DNA of 64,000 nucleotides from a virus, in IMG/VR virus record IMGVR_UViG_3300041409_000348, positions 39,564 through 103,563 of that record, one strand, 5' to 3'. Shown here piece by piece: positions 35,563 through 45,978 of this stretch (the stretch's first letter is position 1; every line of letters begins with the position of its first letter). The notes under the pieces are model-generated. The model was not told the origin of the DNA, searched no databases, and saw nothing but the letters and a program-made list of their open reading frames with translations. Both the position numbers and the translations under genes were made by a program.

Positions 35563-38500
35563 ATGGCAGACAGCCTCGTGATCGCGGGCAAAATCGAGCT
35601 GCTGGGCGGCGAAGCGGTCTCCACCGACCCGCACTGCCCCGGCGCGCAGTTCATGCTCTTGCCCGGGTTTGACCTGTCTGCACCCCAGCCCACCACGGAC
35701 TTCGTGGCGAGTTTGATCTTGGATGGCGAAAAACCCTTCGGCCGGCGGGCATCAAACCGGCAGGTCACGCTGCCGATCGTCATCAAAGCGCCGACCCGGG
35801 CGATTCTCGCGGCGGCCCGGGAACTGCTCGAGCAGACCATCGACGCCCAGACGTGGACGCTGACGTGGACCCGGGATCCGGGACCAGGCGGGACACCCCT
35901 CCCACTCGTCCTGGACTGTTTCAGGGCTCAGCCGACCGTCCCCATCTACAACACGAACTACGAGAAGCAAGCCCAGCTTCAGCAGCTCACCATCACGTTC
36001 CCCGCCCTGCCCTACGGCCGGTCGGACACGCAGCAGCAGATCGCGTTCGCCGCCCCCGTCCCCGCGACCCCACCGCCCCCGCCGGCGCCGGTGGTGCTGG
36101 ACAACTTCACGTCGATCTCCTCGACCCAGTTCTCCCAATCCTCGCAGTGCATCGTCGGCCCGTTCACGGCCTGCTGGGATCCGGACGACGCCCGGGTCGG
36201 TGACCCGGGCGGTTCCCGCACGCCCCTGTCGTACGGGTCGGCGTTCACGACGCCGCTGGACCTGACCGGCATGGTGTCGCTGCAGATGTGGTTCGGGCTC
36301 GGTTCCCGCTATTACTGGAACCTGCACGACCGCAGCGGCCGGCTCAAGGTCAACTTTTACGTCACCCTGACCGACACGAGCGGGAACACGCTGTCCTGCT
36401 CGAGGTCGGGTCAGACGCTGCCGTCGAGCTCGAACCCGAACAACCCGGCGTTTTCCCGGGTGACCCTTTCCATCCCGCAGAGCTCGGCGACGTTCGCCTA
36501 TGCGTCGGTGGCGTCGTATTCGGTGATGGTGACCTCCCGGGACACCTCCCCGTGCCTGCGGTGGGTCGTCGGCTACCTGGACGCGCTGACCGCCTACCCG
36601 CTGTCCCAGACCGCGACCCCGGTCACCCGCGGGTCGGTTTACACGCTGTACGGGGTGCAGGGCACCCATGACGCCCCCGTGTCGCTGCAGTTCCAGCAGG
36701 CGCCGGTGCCGGGCACGCCGACGACGATCAGCACCGCGGGCGTGGGGACGTACACCGTCCCGTCCGGTACCGCGTGGCTGAAAGTTGAGGCCATCGGCGG
36801 CGGCGGTGCGGGTGCCGGCCAGACCGGTACCGGCGTGGGCGGCGGCGGTGGCGGCGGCGGGTACGCGGCTGAGACCGTGTTCCCGGCCTCACCCACGCAG
36901 GTCATCCCGTACAACGTCGGTGCGGGCGGCACCGCGGGCGCTACCCCGGTCGCGGGGCAGCCGACCGTGTTCGGGCCGGGGCCGTCCGGGTCGCTGGCCG
37001 TCACCGCGAACGGCGGATCCTCGGCCGCGCAGAACTCCCCGACGGGCGCAGCCGGTGGCCCCGTCTCCAGCAACTCGGTGTCGTTCGCGGGCGGCACCGG
37101 CCGTACCGCGTCCGGGTCGGTCGGCGGCGGCGGCGGCTCAAGCGGCGGGTCCGCGTCGGCGGGCCTGACCCCCACCGGGACCGCGGCGACCCTGTTCACG
37201 TCGGCGGGCTCCTCGACCTGGACGTGCCCGGCGGGTGTCACGCAGGTCTACGCGGAATGCTGGGGGTCCGGCGGGTCCGCGGCGACCGGCGGCAGCAGCA
37301 CCAACGGCGGTGGCGGCGGTGGCGGCGAGTACGCGGCGGCGTTCATCAATGTCACCCCCGGCAACGTGTACAACTACACGGTCGCCGCTGGGGGGGCCAG
37401 TGTCGCCGGGTCGCCCAGCAACGGCAACGCGGGCGCCAGTTCGGTGTTCACCGGGAACTCCGGCGCCTCGGTCACCGCCCACGGCGGGGCCGGGGGCGTG
37501 TCCCGCGTGTCCGGCGGCGGCGGCGCGGGCGGCTCCGGCAGCTCGGCCTCCGTCCACTTCAGTGGCGGCGCTGGCGGTCCCGCGAACCCGTATTCGGGTG
37601 CTGGCGGATCGTCGGCGGGTACCGCGTCGGCGGGTAACACCGGCAACGGCTACGGCAGCACCACCGCGGCGCCCAGCGGCGGCGGCGCTGGTGGTGCCGG
37701 GTCCGGTGCGGGCGGCAGCCCCGGTACCGCCGGGGCTGCTCCCGGTGGCGGCGGCGGCGGCACCTTCTTCGGGGGGGTCGCGTCCGGTGCCGGGGCGTCC
37801 GGTCAGGTGCGGCTCACCTACCCGGGCGGGCTCGGCGCCCCGACCAGCAACGGCGCCTCGGCGGTCACCGGCGGCGGCGCGGGCGGCGCGGGCGGCGGCA
37901 GCAACAACACGGCCGGGTCAGCCGGTTCCGCACCCGGCGGCGCGGGCGGCGGCGCGGACTCCACCGGCACCTCGGAGGCGGGTGGTGTGGGTGCCACGGG
38001 GCAGATCAAGATCACCCCGTTCGCTTCGCTGGCGTTCAAGTCCCTCATCGTCCACCGGCCAGCACCCGCAGCACCGGCGATGTTCACGCCGCTGGTGTCC
38101 GTCGGCGGCGGGACGGGTGTCCCGAACGGCGGCACCGAGTACACGATGCCGCAGCCGGTCACCAACGTGCAGGCGGATTTTGACGGCACCTACACGGTCG
38201 TGCTGATCGCCAACACGTGGAACAACCCCACCGCGGCCAGGACCATCACGGTCACGGTCAAGCAGTACGAGTCGTCTGGCGGGTCCTCCTACAGCGTCAG
38301 CACCACCCCGGTCACCGTCTCCCCGGGCGTGGCCAGCACGTTCGGGCCCGGCAACCAGGTCAACAACGGCATCCTCGTCGCAGGGGTACTCACGCTTCCG
38401 CTGAAGGCGGTCGCGCCGGACAACAACACCGGCTACTACACGGTCCTGGTCACCGACACAAACACCTCAGACCGGTTCTACGACTGCATCTTCCTCGACT

Positions 38501-38778
38501 CGCAGGGCCAGACGGTCATCATCAACGAACCCAGTTCCGGGTATATCAATTTTTACCTGGACGAGCCCGACCCGACCACGGACCTCGGACGGCACCTCGG
38601 CAGCCAGCTAGGGCGGCCGAGTGCGATCAGCGTCATGGACGCCTGCCAGGCCATCTCGGGTGGGCCTTTGACGATTCCGCCCAATGAGTCGACGATGTTC
38701 TGCTACTCGGCTGACGGCAGTGCGCCCGCCATAGGCGTCAGCTACTACGCACGGTATTTCCTCGATCGCACAGTGTAG
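35563..38778 (+). CDS. distal tail (Dit-like) / minor tail protein with Gly-rich insertions
   Basis: Follows tape measure; NRQVTLPIVI; two Gly-rich domains (VEAIGGGG, AECWGSGG). Confidence 0.82.
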   Translation: MADSLVIAGKIELLGGEAVSTDPHCPGAQFMLLPGFDLSAPQPTTDFVASLILDGEKPFGRRASNRQVTLPIVIKAPTRAILAAARELLEQTIDAQTWTLTWTRDPGPGGTPLPLVLDCFRAQPTVPIYNTNYEKQAQLQQLTITFPALPYGRSDTQQQIAFAAPVPATPPPPPAPVVLDNFTSISSTQFSQSSQCIVGPFTACWDPDDARVGDPGGSRTPLSYGSAFTTPLDLTGMVSLQMWFGLGSRYYWNLHDRSGRLKVNFYVTLTDTSGNTLSCSRSGQTLPSSSNPNNPAFSRVTLSIPQSSATFAYASVASYSVMVTSRDTSPCLRWVVGYLDALTAYPLSQTATPVTRGSVYTLYGVQGTHDAPVSLQFQQAPVPGTPTTISTAGVGTYTVPSGTAWLKVEAIGGGGAGAGQTGTGVGGGGGGGGYAAETVFPASPTQVIPYNVGAGGTAGATPVAGQPTVFGPGPSGSLAVTANGGSSAAQNSPTGAAGGPVSSNSVSFAGGTGRTASGSVGGGGGSSGGSASAGLTPTGTAATLFTSAGSSTWTCPAGVTQVYAECWGSGGSAATGGSSTNGGGGGGGEYAAAFINVTPGNVYNYTVAAGGASVAGSPSNGNAGASSVFTGNSGASVTAHGGAGGVSRVSGGGGAGGSGSSASVHFSGGAGGPANPYSGAGGSSAGTASAGNTGNGYGSTTAAPSGGGAGGAGSGAGGSPGTAGAAPGGGGGGTFFGGVASGAGASGQVRLTYPGGLGAPTSNGASAVTGGGAGGAGGGSNNTAGSAGSAPGGAGGGADSTGTSEAGGVGATGQIKITPFASLAFKSLIVHRPAPAAPAMFTPLVSVGGGTGVPNGGTEYTMPQPVTNVQADFDGTYTVVLIANTWNNPTAARTITVTVKQYESSGGSSYSVSTTPVTVSPGVASTFGPGNQVNNGILVAGVLTLPLKAVAPDNNTGYYTVLVTDTNTSDRFYDCIFLDSQGQTVIINEPSSGYINFYLDEPDPTTDLGRHLGSQLGRPSAISVMDACQAISGGPLTIPPNESTMFCYSADGSAPAIGVSYYARYFLDRTV

Positions 38779-38783
38779 TCGCG

Positions 38784-39524
38784 TCAGCCATGTCGCCTCT
38801 GACTGCCGTTAGTGATGCCGGCGATGGTCGTCCGGGCCACCCCGAAGTGAAGGGCGATCACGCGATTACTCTCACCCGCCGCATGCTGCCGCCGGATCTC
38901 GATCACGTCCGTATTGGAGAGTTTGGCGTTCCCATGGTTCTCGCCGAGGCCGTCCTTTGACGGCACTGCCGCTTCGCGGACATGATCCCAGCATTCACCG
39001 ATGATCGCCCTCCGCATGGCTCCGAGGCTCATACCGAACTCGCGAGCCAACTCGGCATGCGTCTCCCCGGCAGCGTTCCTGCGCCTGCACTGCTCCACAA
39101 CAGCGTCGGTAAGCTTGGCGTACCAGTGCTGTTCGCCCTGCTGAATGGTCCCGTCCCGCACCTTGTCAGGACCGTTGTTCTTTTCCTTCGTTCCCCAGGT
39201 TAGATTCGCGAGCCGGTTGTCCAACTGGCCGCCACGGCCATGACACGCCTCCATGCCGGCCGGGCACGGGCCGACGAACGCTTCCAGCACAAGACGGTGC
39301 ACCGTTCGAGCTGTCGGGATGTTGCTCCGATGGAGGCTGACGAAAAAGTAACCAGGGCCGGTAGTGGAAGGCTTCAGCACTCGGCCGCCCATTACGCCTT
39401 TTACGGTCTGTCTTGGCAGGCTGCGGACGCGGCCAAGGTCGCTGACCTCATATAGGCCCTCGAAGCCGGTCACCGGCAGCCAGCGTTCGGCCTCGCCGCG
39501 GTGGGGGAACGTAGACTCGCTCAC
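38784..39524 (-). CDS. NUMOD4-HNH endonuclease with two C-terminal HTH repeats
   Basis: ERWLPVTGFEGLYEVSDLGRVRS; VHRLVLEAFVGPCP; DNRLANL; AKL.....I/CRR x2. Confidence 0.92.
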   Translation of the reverse strand: MSESTFPHRGEAERWLPVTGFEGLYEVSDLGRVRSLPRQTVKGVMGGRVLKPSTTGPGYFFVSLHRSNIPTARTVHRLVLEAFVGPCPAGMEACHGRGGQLDNRLANLTWGTKEKNNGPDKVRDGTIQQGEQHWYAKLTDAVVEQCRRRNAAGETHAELAREFGMSLGAMRRAIIGECWDHVREAAVPSKDGLGENHGNAKLSNTDVIEIRRQHAAGESNRVIALHFGVARTTIAGITNGSQRRHG

Positions 39525-39546
39525 TAGCCGGACCAGCTTCCGGTTA

Positions 39547-39608
39547 GGGCCTCCGGTCACGGTGTTGACGCACCGCGGGGGCCCGATGAATGTCTGGCCT
39601 CCATTCTA
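39547..39608 (-). promoter_or_regulatory. HNH cassette leader: -10 TAGAAT + hairpin
   Basis: TAGAAT 39608-39603; stem 39547-39584. Confidence 0.55.
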
Positions 39609-39625
39609 TTCGGGGGGTCTGACAT

Positions 39626-40765
39626 TTGACGTACACCGTCCCGAACGCGAGTCAGGTGATGACCTGCACGCCCAGCGGCGGGGATGTGCGGTGGCTCGGC
39701 GCGATCGGCCACGTCCAGGACCTTACTTACGGGTTCATATACCCGGGTGGCTGCGACCAGATGACGTGCACGCTCGACCAGCCCGCCACGTGGCGCTCCT
39801 CGGCGATGAACCCCGGGCGCTCCGTGTCGGTGTTCCGCGGCGGGCATCAGGTCTGGTTCGGGAAAATGGACGAGCCCGTGCCGACTACCTCCGGTTGGAC
39901 CCTGACCGCGGAAGGCGCCGGCAACTTCGGCCAGGACTTCGTGGCCCAGTACACGTCCACGTGGCCGACGTCGATCCCCGACCAGCCCATCAACAACGCG
40001 ATCACCCGGGGCCTGCAATGGGCAAATCCGGGCGTGGGCACGCCGTCGGGGATGTGGCTGGGGCAGGAAGTCGACCCGGGCGCGCAGGCGATCTCCGACC
40101 TGCTGAACCTGCTCTGCACCCGCGGCGGCCTCGGCTGGTACGTGTCCTCCCAGCCGGGCGGGCTGCCGGGCAATGACCTGTCGGTGGCGGCGCTGCCGAC
40201 AACAGTGAACCGGCTGCTGGTGTGCAGCTCGCCTGTCCCGAGGACGCTCGGCGGGGACATCAACACCATCTGGATCCGGTACGAGTCGGCGGCCGACAAC
40301 GCCACCACCGGGGCGGCGGCCACGTATGCGCTGACGTCGGTGACGAACGCGGCGTCGGTGACCGCGCACGGGAAGATGGAAACCTACCTGGACCTGTCGT
40401 CGGCCGGGGTGCTGACCTCTACGGCGGCGAACGCGGTCGGGAATTTCGTTTTGGGCATCTATCAGCGCGCCAGTTTCGCGGGACCGTTCACCGTCCAGCC
40501 GGGGCAGTTGCTGAACACGGGCGGGCAGGCTGTTGACCTCGGCACCGAGCAGGCCGGGACGGTGTGCCGCCTCCTCCTGTCCGACTTCGGGTACGGCGGC
40601 GAGGTCAATCTGGCGGCCCCCCTGACGTTCATCGTCGGGGCCTACAGCTACGACGATCAGACCGAGACGGCGACCGTGACCCCTTATCAATCGCTAGATA
40701 CCAGTTTGTCCGGTTTGCTCTCCGCGCAGAGCACCATCCTGACCCCGATCACCGTGGCGACCTGA
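39626..40765 (+). CDS. minor tail / baseplate hub protein
   Basis: PGGCDQMTCTL...VWFGKMDEP; position. Confidence 0.78.
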   Translation: MTYTVPNASQVMTCTPSGGDVRWLGAIGHVQDLTYGFIYPGGCDQMTCTLDQPATWRSSAMNPGRSVSVFRGGHQVWFGKMDEPVPTTSGWTLTAEGAGNFGQDFVAQYTSTWPTSIPDQPINNAITRGLQWANPGVGTPSGMWLGQEVDPGAQAISDLLNLLCTRGGLGWYVSSQPGGLPGNDLSVAALPTTVNRLLVCSSPVPRTLGGDINTIWIRYESAADNATTGAAATYALTSVTNAASVTAHGKMETYLDLSSAGVLTSTAANAVGNFVLGIYQRASFAGPFTVQPGQLLNTGGQAVDLGTEQAGTVCRLLLSDFGYGGEVNLAAPLTFIVGAYSYDDQTETATVTPYQSLDTSLSGLLSAQSTILTPITVAT

Positions 40766-40775
40766 GCGGAGGACC

Positions 40776-41369
40776 ATGCGCAGTGCAATGACCGTCCTGC
40801 TGGCTTTCGGTGCCGACCTGGCGTGGAACCTCGCGGGAGCGTTCTGGGGGTTCAGCCTCCTGGCGCTGCTGGTCGTGTGGGTCGCGCTGCATCAGCTGCA
40901 TGTCACCACGGCGAACACGTCGAAGACGGTCGCGGTGGAGCAGCGGCTGAATGCGACTGTGGCCGCGACCGCGCCGGCGGTGAACCTGGTGGCCAACGGC
41001 GGCACCATCGGCGGGGACGTGACTGTGCAGGGTAACCAGACCTTCCAGGGAGACGTGCACGTTGATGGCTCGCTGTTCGGGACCGGCGGGACGCTCAGCA
41101 TCGGGGATACGGCGCGCTTCAACGCGACGGGTAACGGCCCGTCTGGCGGTAACACGTTCCTGGGGCTGACCAACTCGCAGGCGACGTTCCTGGCCTCCAT
41201 CAACACTGCTGGTGGCGTGACCCCGCCGTCCACGAGCTGGGGTGGTGGCGCGGGTTGCTCCCTGACGACCGGCAACTTCAACACCAACGCCCTGTCCGGC
41301 CTGAACCAGCTGGAAGACGCCATCAACGAGCTCATCACCGCGCTCGTCGCCATGAACCTCCTGACCTGA
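40776..41369 (+). CDS. minor tail-region protein with N-terminal TM
   Basis: SD GGAGG; C-terminal INELITALVAMNLL. Confidence 0.65.
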   Translation: MRSAMTVLLAFGADLAWNLAGAFWGFSLLALLVVWVALHQLHVTTANTSKTVAVEQRLNATVAATAPAVNLVANGGTIGGDVTVQGNQTFQGDVHVDGSLFGTGGTLSIGDTARFNATGNGPSGGNTFLGLTNSQATFLASINTAGGVTPPSTSWGGGAGCSLTTGNFNTNALSGLNQLEDAINELITALVAMNLLT

Positions 41370-41425
41370 GCGCCTTCCCGCCCGCTCATCTGCCATCGCC
41401 CCCAATGCCCGGAGAGGTCTCCCGC

Positions 41426-41692
41426 ATGCCCGCAACACACCGCTATACGCACAGCAAGGGGCTCGGTGAGCATCACGCCGCCGAGGCTGGCCGCGAACTT
41501 CCCGGCGAGATGCGCGACCTGGACATGGCCCCCGGTACCGAGGTTGAGCACGGTGCCACCGACGAGGACACCGGGGCGCTGATCGTGGCGTGGGAAGACT
41601 CGTCCGGCATCATCCGGCACACGGCGATCCACCCGGATTTCTTCGACGAGCACTTCGAGGCACTCGTGCCCGGAACACCGGAAGGGGCCTGA
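41426..41692 (+). CDS. hypothetical protein
   Basis: SD GGAGAGG. Confidence 0.6.
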   Translation: MPATHRYTHSKGLGEHHAAEAGRELPGEMRDLDMAPGTEVEHGATDEDTGALIVAWEDSSGIIRHTAIHPDFFDEHFEALVPGTPEGA

Positions 41693-41695
41693 CCC

Positions 41696-42139
41696 ATGGC
41701 GCTCTCAGCAGGCCAGCTCATGGAGTACGCCGAGAAGGAAGCCCTCAACGCGGTCACCCTGAACCTGCAGTCCCCGACTGCCGCCACCACCTACCTGGCG
41801 CTGATCACCGCCGCGCCGGCGTCGGGTGCGGACCTGACGATGGCGGCGGAGACGGAGTTTTCCACCTCCGACGGGTACGCGCGGCAGCCCCTCGCCGTCA
41901 CCACCGGCTGGACCGGGCCGTCCTCGGCGTCCCCGTCGGTGATCTCCAACGCGCTGACCCTCACGTTCGGGCCGATCACGACCGCCGGGCCGGGTACGTG
42001 CACGTGGGCGATGCTCACCGACGCCGTGTCCGGCTCGACGTCGCACTGCATCATCTCGTACCTGCTGGCCAACCCCCGCACCCCTCTCGTCGGGGACAGC
42101 CTGACGGCGGCCGGCGGGGCGTTCACCTGCACGGTCTAG
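41696..42139 (+). CDS. tail-fibre-associated structural protein
   Basis: YLALITAAP...E.....GYARQ...SNA..LTFG pattern common before actinophage fibres. Confidence 0.72.
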   Translation: MALSAGQLMEYAEKEALNAVTLNLQSPTAATTYLALITAAPASGADLTMAAETEFSTSDGYARQPLAVTTGWTGPSSASPSVISNALTLTFGPITTAGPGTCTWAMLTDAVSGSTSHCIISYLLANPRTPLVGDSLTAAGGAFTCTV

Positions 42140-42161
42140 GTCCGCAAAGGAGTCACGAGCC

Positions 42162-42470
42162 GTGGCCGTTCACCTGCTTGAGCCGGTCGCGCCGACCCTG
42201 AACGTCCCGCGCATGCACCCGTGCGCGGCGCGGCCGGACGAGACAGGCCGGGACTGCGGCGCGACCCCCGCATGGCTGTACCGGCGGGTCTGCGCCCACG
42301 GCCACATCCGGGACGTGTGGCTGTGCAACACGCATGAAGCCCTCGTGTCCCAGACCGGGGGAGCGTCCTGCCGGGACTGCATGGGCCTGGGCCGGTGGGC
42401 GCACCGCTGCCCCGTCGCGCTGGTGAAAGACCCGGAAGCGGCGGCCCTGATCCGCGCCGGGAGAACCTGA
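42162..42470 (+). CDS. Cys/His-rich zinc-binding protein
   Basis: Multiple C..H/C..C pairs; SD AAGGAG. Confidence 0.6.
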   Translation: MAVHLLEPVAPTLNVPRMHPCAARPDETGRDCGATPAWLYRRVCAHGHIRDVWLCNTHEALVSQTGGASCRDCMGLGRWAHRCPVALVKDPEAAALIRAGRT

Positions 42471-42495
42471 CACCCGGGGGGCGGTGCGCTGAGCC

Positions 42496-45252
42496 GTGAC
42501 CTTCAGCGTCGTCCAGACCAAGAGCGGCAGCACAACCGGCGCGACGACAGTCACCGTCACCCTCAGCTCGGCGACGACCGCCGGGAACTGCCTGATCGCC
42601 TGCGTCTACGCGGGCGCGACGACGATCACCGGGGTCAAGCTCGGCGGGGTAGCCGGTAACTGGGCGTCGCAGAAAAGCCTGGAAACAGCCACGACGGGCA
42701 CCGTGGCGATCTGGGCGGACCCGAACTGCGCCGGCGGCCAGACGTCGATCGTGGTCACGCAAGGCACGTCGGCGCAGATGAGCGTGTTCGTCTACGAGGT
42801 GTCCGGGGTCGCGACGTCCTCGATCCTGGACGTGTCCCAGTCCAACGGGCCCGCGGTCACCACCAGCTCGTGGACGTCGAACGCGACCGCCACCAGCACG
42901 CAGGCGTCTGAACTGCGGATTGGTGTTGTCGGCGGGTTCAACAACAACGGCGCGGTGTCCACCACGCTCACCGGGCCGTCGTCGCCGTGGACCAACGAAA
43001 CCCAGGTCACCGCCCAGACCGGCGTGTTCCTGCTCACCGGCTTCCAGATCGCCACGACGACCGGCACGGCGACCTATAACGGCACGTCGAACATCTCCGG
43101 CACGAACAACGCCTACGTCGCGTGTGTGGCGACGTTCAAGTCCGGGGCCACCACCTGGGTCCTGACCGGGACCGCGACGTCCGCGAGCAGCAGCACCGGG
43201 GCGCTGGCGTGGACCGCCGCGCTCGCGGGCACAGCCACCTCGGCGAGCACGACCACCGGGGCGCTGGCGTGGCAGGCCGCGCTCACGGGCAGCGCGGACA
43301 GCACCGCCACCGAGGCCACGGCCGGAGCCTTCACCCAGGCGATGGCGGTCACGGGGACCGCCGCGTCGGTCTCGGCCGCGTCCGGGGCGCTCGCCCAGCA
43401 GATGGCGACGGCCGGTACCGCCGCGTCGTCCAGCACGACCGCGGGTGCGCTCGCGTGGCTGGCACCTATCACCGGCACTGCGGCCTCCACGTCGTCCACC
43501 ACAGGTGCTCTGGCGTGGCATGCGGCCATCGCCGGGGGCGCCACCTCCGCATCGTCCACTACGGGTGCGCTCGCCTGGACCGCCACTCTCACAGGCACGG
43601 CAACCTCCGCGACCGCGACCGCCGGGGCGCTCGCCTGGCATGCGGTCATCACGGGTACCGCGACCACGGCCAGCACCACCACCGGGGCGCTGGCGTGGCT
43701 GGCAACCCTCGCGGGCACGGCCACCTCCGGCACAGCCACGGCCGGGGCGCTCGCGCAGGCCATGGCCATCACCGGCCCCGCTGTATCGGCGTCCTCGGCT
43801 GCGGGAACGTTCACGCAGAAGATGGCCGTCACCGGGACGGCCACATCGCCCAGCGCCACCACGGGCGCGCTGGCGTGGACAGCCACCCTCGCAGGCACGG
43901 CCGCCTCCGCGAGCTCCACGACGGGCGCGCTGGCGTGGCTGGCACCCATCACCGGCACCGCCGTATCGGCGTCGTCGTCTGCCGGTGCGCTTGCGTGGAT
44001 CGCCACCCTCGCCGGGACTGCGGCTAACGTCTCGTCGTCCGCTGGCGCGGTCATCGACATTCCCGGGCTCGCCGGATCCGCGGCGTCCGTCTCCGCCACG
44101 ACCGGGGCTCTCGCCCAGGCGATGGCCGTCACCGGCACGGCTGCCTCCGCGAGCTCCACCACGGGCGCGCTGGCGTGGCATGCGGCGCTCACCGGCACCG
44201 CGACGTCCGCGAGCACGACTGCGGGAACGTTCACGCAGACGATGGCCCTCACCGGGTCCGGGACCACCGTCTCGGCCGCGGCGGGCAAACTCGCGTGGAC
44301 CGCGGTCATCACCGGGTCTGCGGCATCGCTGTCGTCGAGCGCGGGCACGCTCGCCTGGCACGCACCCATCACCGGGACAGCCACCTCAGCGTCCAGCACC
44401 ACCGGGGCGCTCGCCTGGCACGCGGCGCTGGTCGGCACCGCATCGTCCGCAACGTCCACGGCGGGTGCGCTCAGTGCGGGCGCGGCCTTCGCAGGCACGG
44501 CGGCCTCCGTCTCCGCGACGGCTGGAACGTTCACGCAGGCGATGGCGCTGGCCGGGACCGGAACCACGGTCACGTCCGCCACAGGCGCGCTCGCGTGGAC
44601 CGCGGTCATCGCGGGCACTGCTGCCAGCGCTTCCGTCACGGCTGGCACGCTCGCCTGGCACGCCACGATCGCCGGGGCCGCAGCGTCGCTGTCCTCGACC
44701 GCAGGTGCCCTCGCATGGCACGCCACCATCACCGGTACGGCAACGTCCGGGACGGCTACGGCTGGAACGTTCACCCAGACCGCGGCCATGTTCGGGACCG
44801 CCACCTCGGCATCCGTCACTGCCGGGGCGCTGGCTCAGGCCATGGCCGCCGCCGGGACCGCTGTCACCGTCACCACCGCGGCAGGCACGTTCACGTGGAC
44901 CGCGGCGCTCACCGGGACCGCGACCTCGGCCACGGGCACCACCGGGCGGTTCACGGCACGGATGGCCATCGGCGGGACCTCGGTCACCGTCAGCTTCGCC
45001 GCCGGGGACATGCTCGCCGGGATCTTCCTCGCCGGGTCCGCTGTCACGGTCAGTGTTACGGCCGGGTCGTTCACGGTCACGTTCCTGGTCATGTCATGCG
45101 GCGGGATCGTGCCGTCCGTCCGCGCCGGGGTCATTGTCACGCCACTGGCCGTAGGGGGGATCGTCACGCAGGCCAGGGCGGGGCATGTCACCGCCGAACT
45201 CGTCGCGGCGGGTGCCGGGACGGAAGTGCAGGCCGGCGGGGTCCGCGTCTAG
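42496..45252 (+). CDS. long fibre/adhesin-like protein with about 30 tandem 20-aa repeats
   Basis: N-terminal globular domain then GALAWxAxLTGTAxSASSTT repeats. Confidence 0.8.
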   Translation: MTFSVVQTKSGSTTGATTVTVTLSSATTAGNCLIACVYAGATTITGVKLGGVAGNWASQKSLETATTGTVAIWADPNCAGGQTSIVVTQGTSAQMSVFVYEVSGVATSSILDVSQSNGPAVTTSSWTSNATATSTQASELRIGVVGGFNNNGAVSTTLTGPSSPWTNETQVTAQTGVFLLTGFQIATTTGTATYNGTSNISGTNNAYVACVATFKSGATTWVLTGTATSASSSTGALAWTAALAGTATSASTTTGALAWQAALTGSADSTATEATAGAFTQAMAVTGTAASVSAASGALAQQMATAGTAASSSTTAGALAWLAPITGTAASTSSTTGALAWHAAIAGGATSASSTTGALAWTATLTGTATSATATAGALAWHAVITGTATTASTTTGALAWLATLAGTATSGTATAGALAQAMAITGPAVSASSAAGTFTQKMAVTGTATSPSATTGALAWTATLAGTAASASSTTGALAWLAPITGTAVSASSSAGALAWIATLAGTAANVSSSAGAVIDIPGLAGSAASVSATTGALAQAMAVTGTAASASSTTGALAWHAALTGTATSASTTAGTFTQTMALTGSGTTVSAAAGKLAWTAVITGSAASLSSSAGTLAWHAPITGTATSASSTTGALAWHAALVGTASSATSTAGALSAGAAFAGTAASVSATAGTFTQAMALAGTGTTVTSATGALAWTAVIAGTAASASVTAGTLAWHATIAGAAASLSSTAGALAWHATITGTATSGTATAGTFTQTAAMFGTATSASVTAGALAQAMAAAGTAVTVTTAAGTFTWTAALTGTATSATGTTGRFTARMAIGGTSVTVSFAAGDMLAGIFLAGSAVTVSVTAGSFTVTFLVMSCGGIVPSVRAGVIVTPLAVGGIVTQARAGHVTAELVAAGAGTEVQAGGVRV
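43160..45080 (+). repeat. 60-bp-period degenerate coding tandem repeat
   Basis: GGGGCGCTGGCGTGG at 43198, 43258 and onward; boundaries approximate. Confidence 0.85.
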
Positions 45253-45387
45253 CGGGGGCTTGCGGGAGATCCGCCACCGGCGGCACTCGCACCGGGGCGC
45301 GGCACAGTCAGAGCCCCGCCTGTAGTGGTGGTGGGCTTCGCGGGAATGCCCGCACCGGCAGCCGCGCGTCCGTAGCCATCTGATCAC
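45094..45387 (-). CDS. Cys/His-rich small protein, leaderless
   Basis: TAGGGT-N7-GTG; CRCGHSREAHHH...C..C.C; 3' end overlaps fibre gene. Confidence 0.5.
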   Translation of the reverse strand: MIRWLRTRGCRCGHSREAHHHYRRGSDCAAPRCECRRWRISRKPPLDADPAGLHFRPGTRRDEFGGDMPRPGLRDDPPYGQWRDNDPGADGRHDPAA

Positions 45388-45428
45388 GTGGGGCACCCTA
45401 GCCAAGGACAACAGAAGGCGGCGAACCG

Positions 45429-45764
45429 ATGGGCCTCGCCCGTATCTGCGCCACCGACCCCGTAAGGAACGTCCTCATCACGATCCTCACCCTCGAACAG
45501 GACGACGGCACACCGGTCGATCCGGTCACCGCCAGCCTGCCCGTCATGGTCGCGTTCGTGCCCGTCGGCGGCTCCCCCGACGGGGCCGCGTGGCTCGCGG
45601 CGGACTGGATAGCGGCGGCCGACGGGACGTTCCGGGCCCGATGCCAGGTCGGGTCAGCGGCCACCGGGCAGCTCGCGACGGGGTTCTTCCAGCCGTACGT
45701 GCAGGTGGTCAACGGCGGGGAGACCATCACCGTGCCGGCGGCCGACGTGCTCGAATCCTATTGA
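45429..45764 (+). CDS. tail-fibre-associated protein
   Basis: Follows fibre gene; beta-rich. Confidence 0.6.
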   Translation: MGLARICATDPVRNVLITILTLEQDDGTPVDPVTASLPVMVAFVPVGGSPDGAAWLAADWIAAADGTFRARCQVGSAATGQLATGFFQPYVQVVNGGETITVPAADVLESY

Positions 45765-45978
45765 GCGGCACCCTGCGGCGGTCCGGGCGGTGGCGGGGGC
45801 AGTAGTCCTTGCGGCGTCCCGTCTCATCGTCCGGGCAGTTCACCAGCCACCCGCGCTGCTTGAGGATCTTGCGGAGTTGCGTGGCCGTGCCCACCTCGAA
45901 GACGTCCGTGCGTCCCCGCGAGGGACACGAGGGGCCGTCACACAGCACCGTCCACACGGTGTGGCTGGTAACGCTCAC
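45727..45978 (-). CDS. zinc-ribbon protein
   Basis: TVLCDGPSC...GW...KDYCPRH; GTGA coupling. Confidence 0.6.
   Translation of the reverse strand: MSVTSHTVWTVLCDGPSCPSRGRTDVFEVGTATQLRKILKQRGWLVNCPDDETGRRKDYCPRHRPDRRRVPLNRIRARRPPAR

Noticed and set aside
43160-45080. CRISPR array or diversity-generating retroelement repeats
   Set aside because: Repeats are in-frame coding and degenerate with no spacers; no cas or reverse transcriptase gene in the window.
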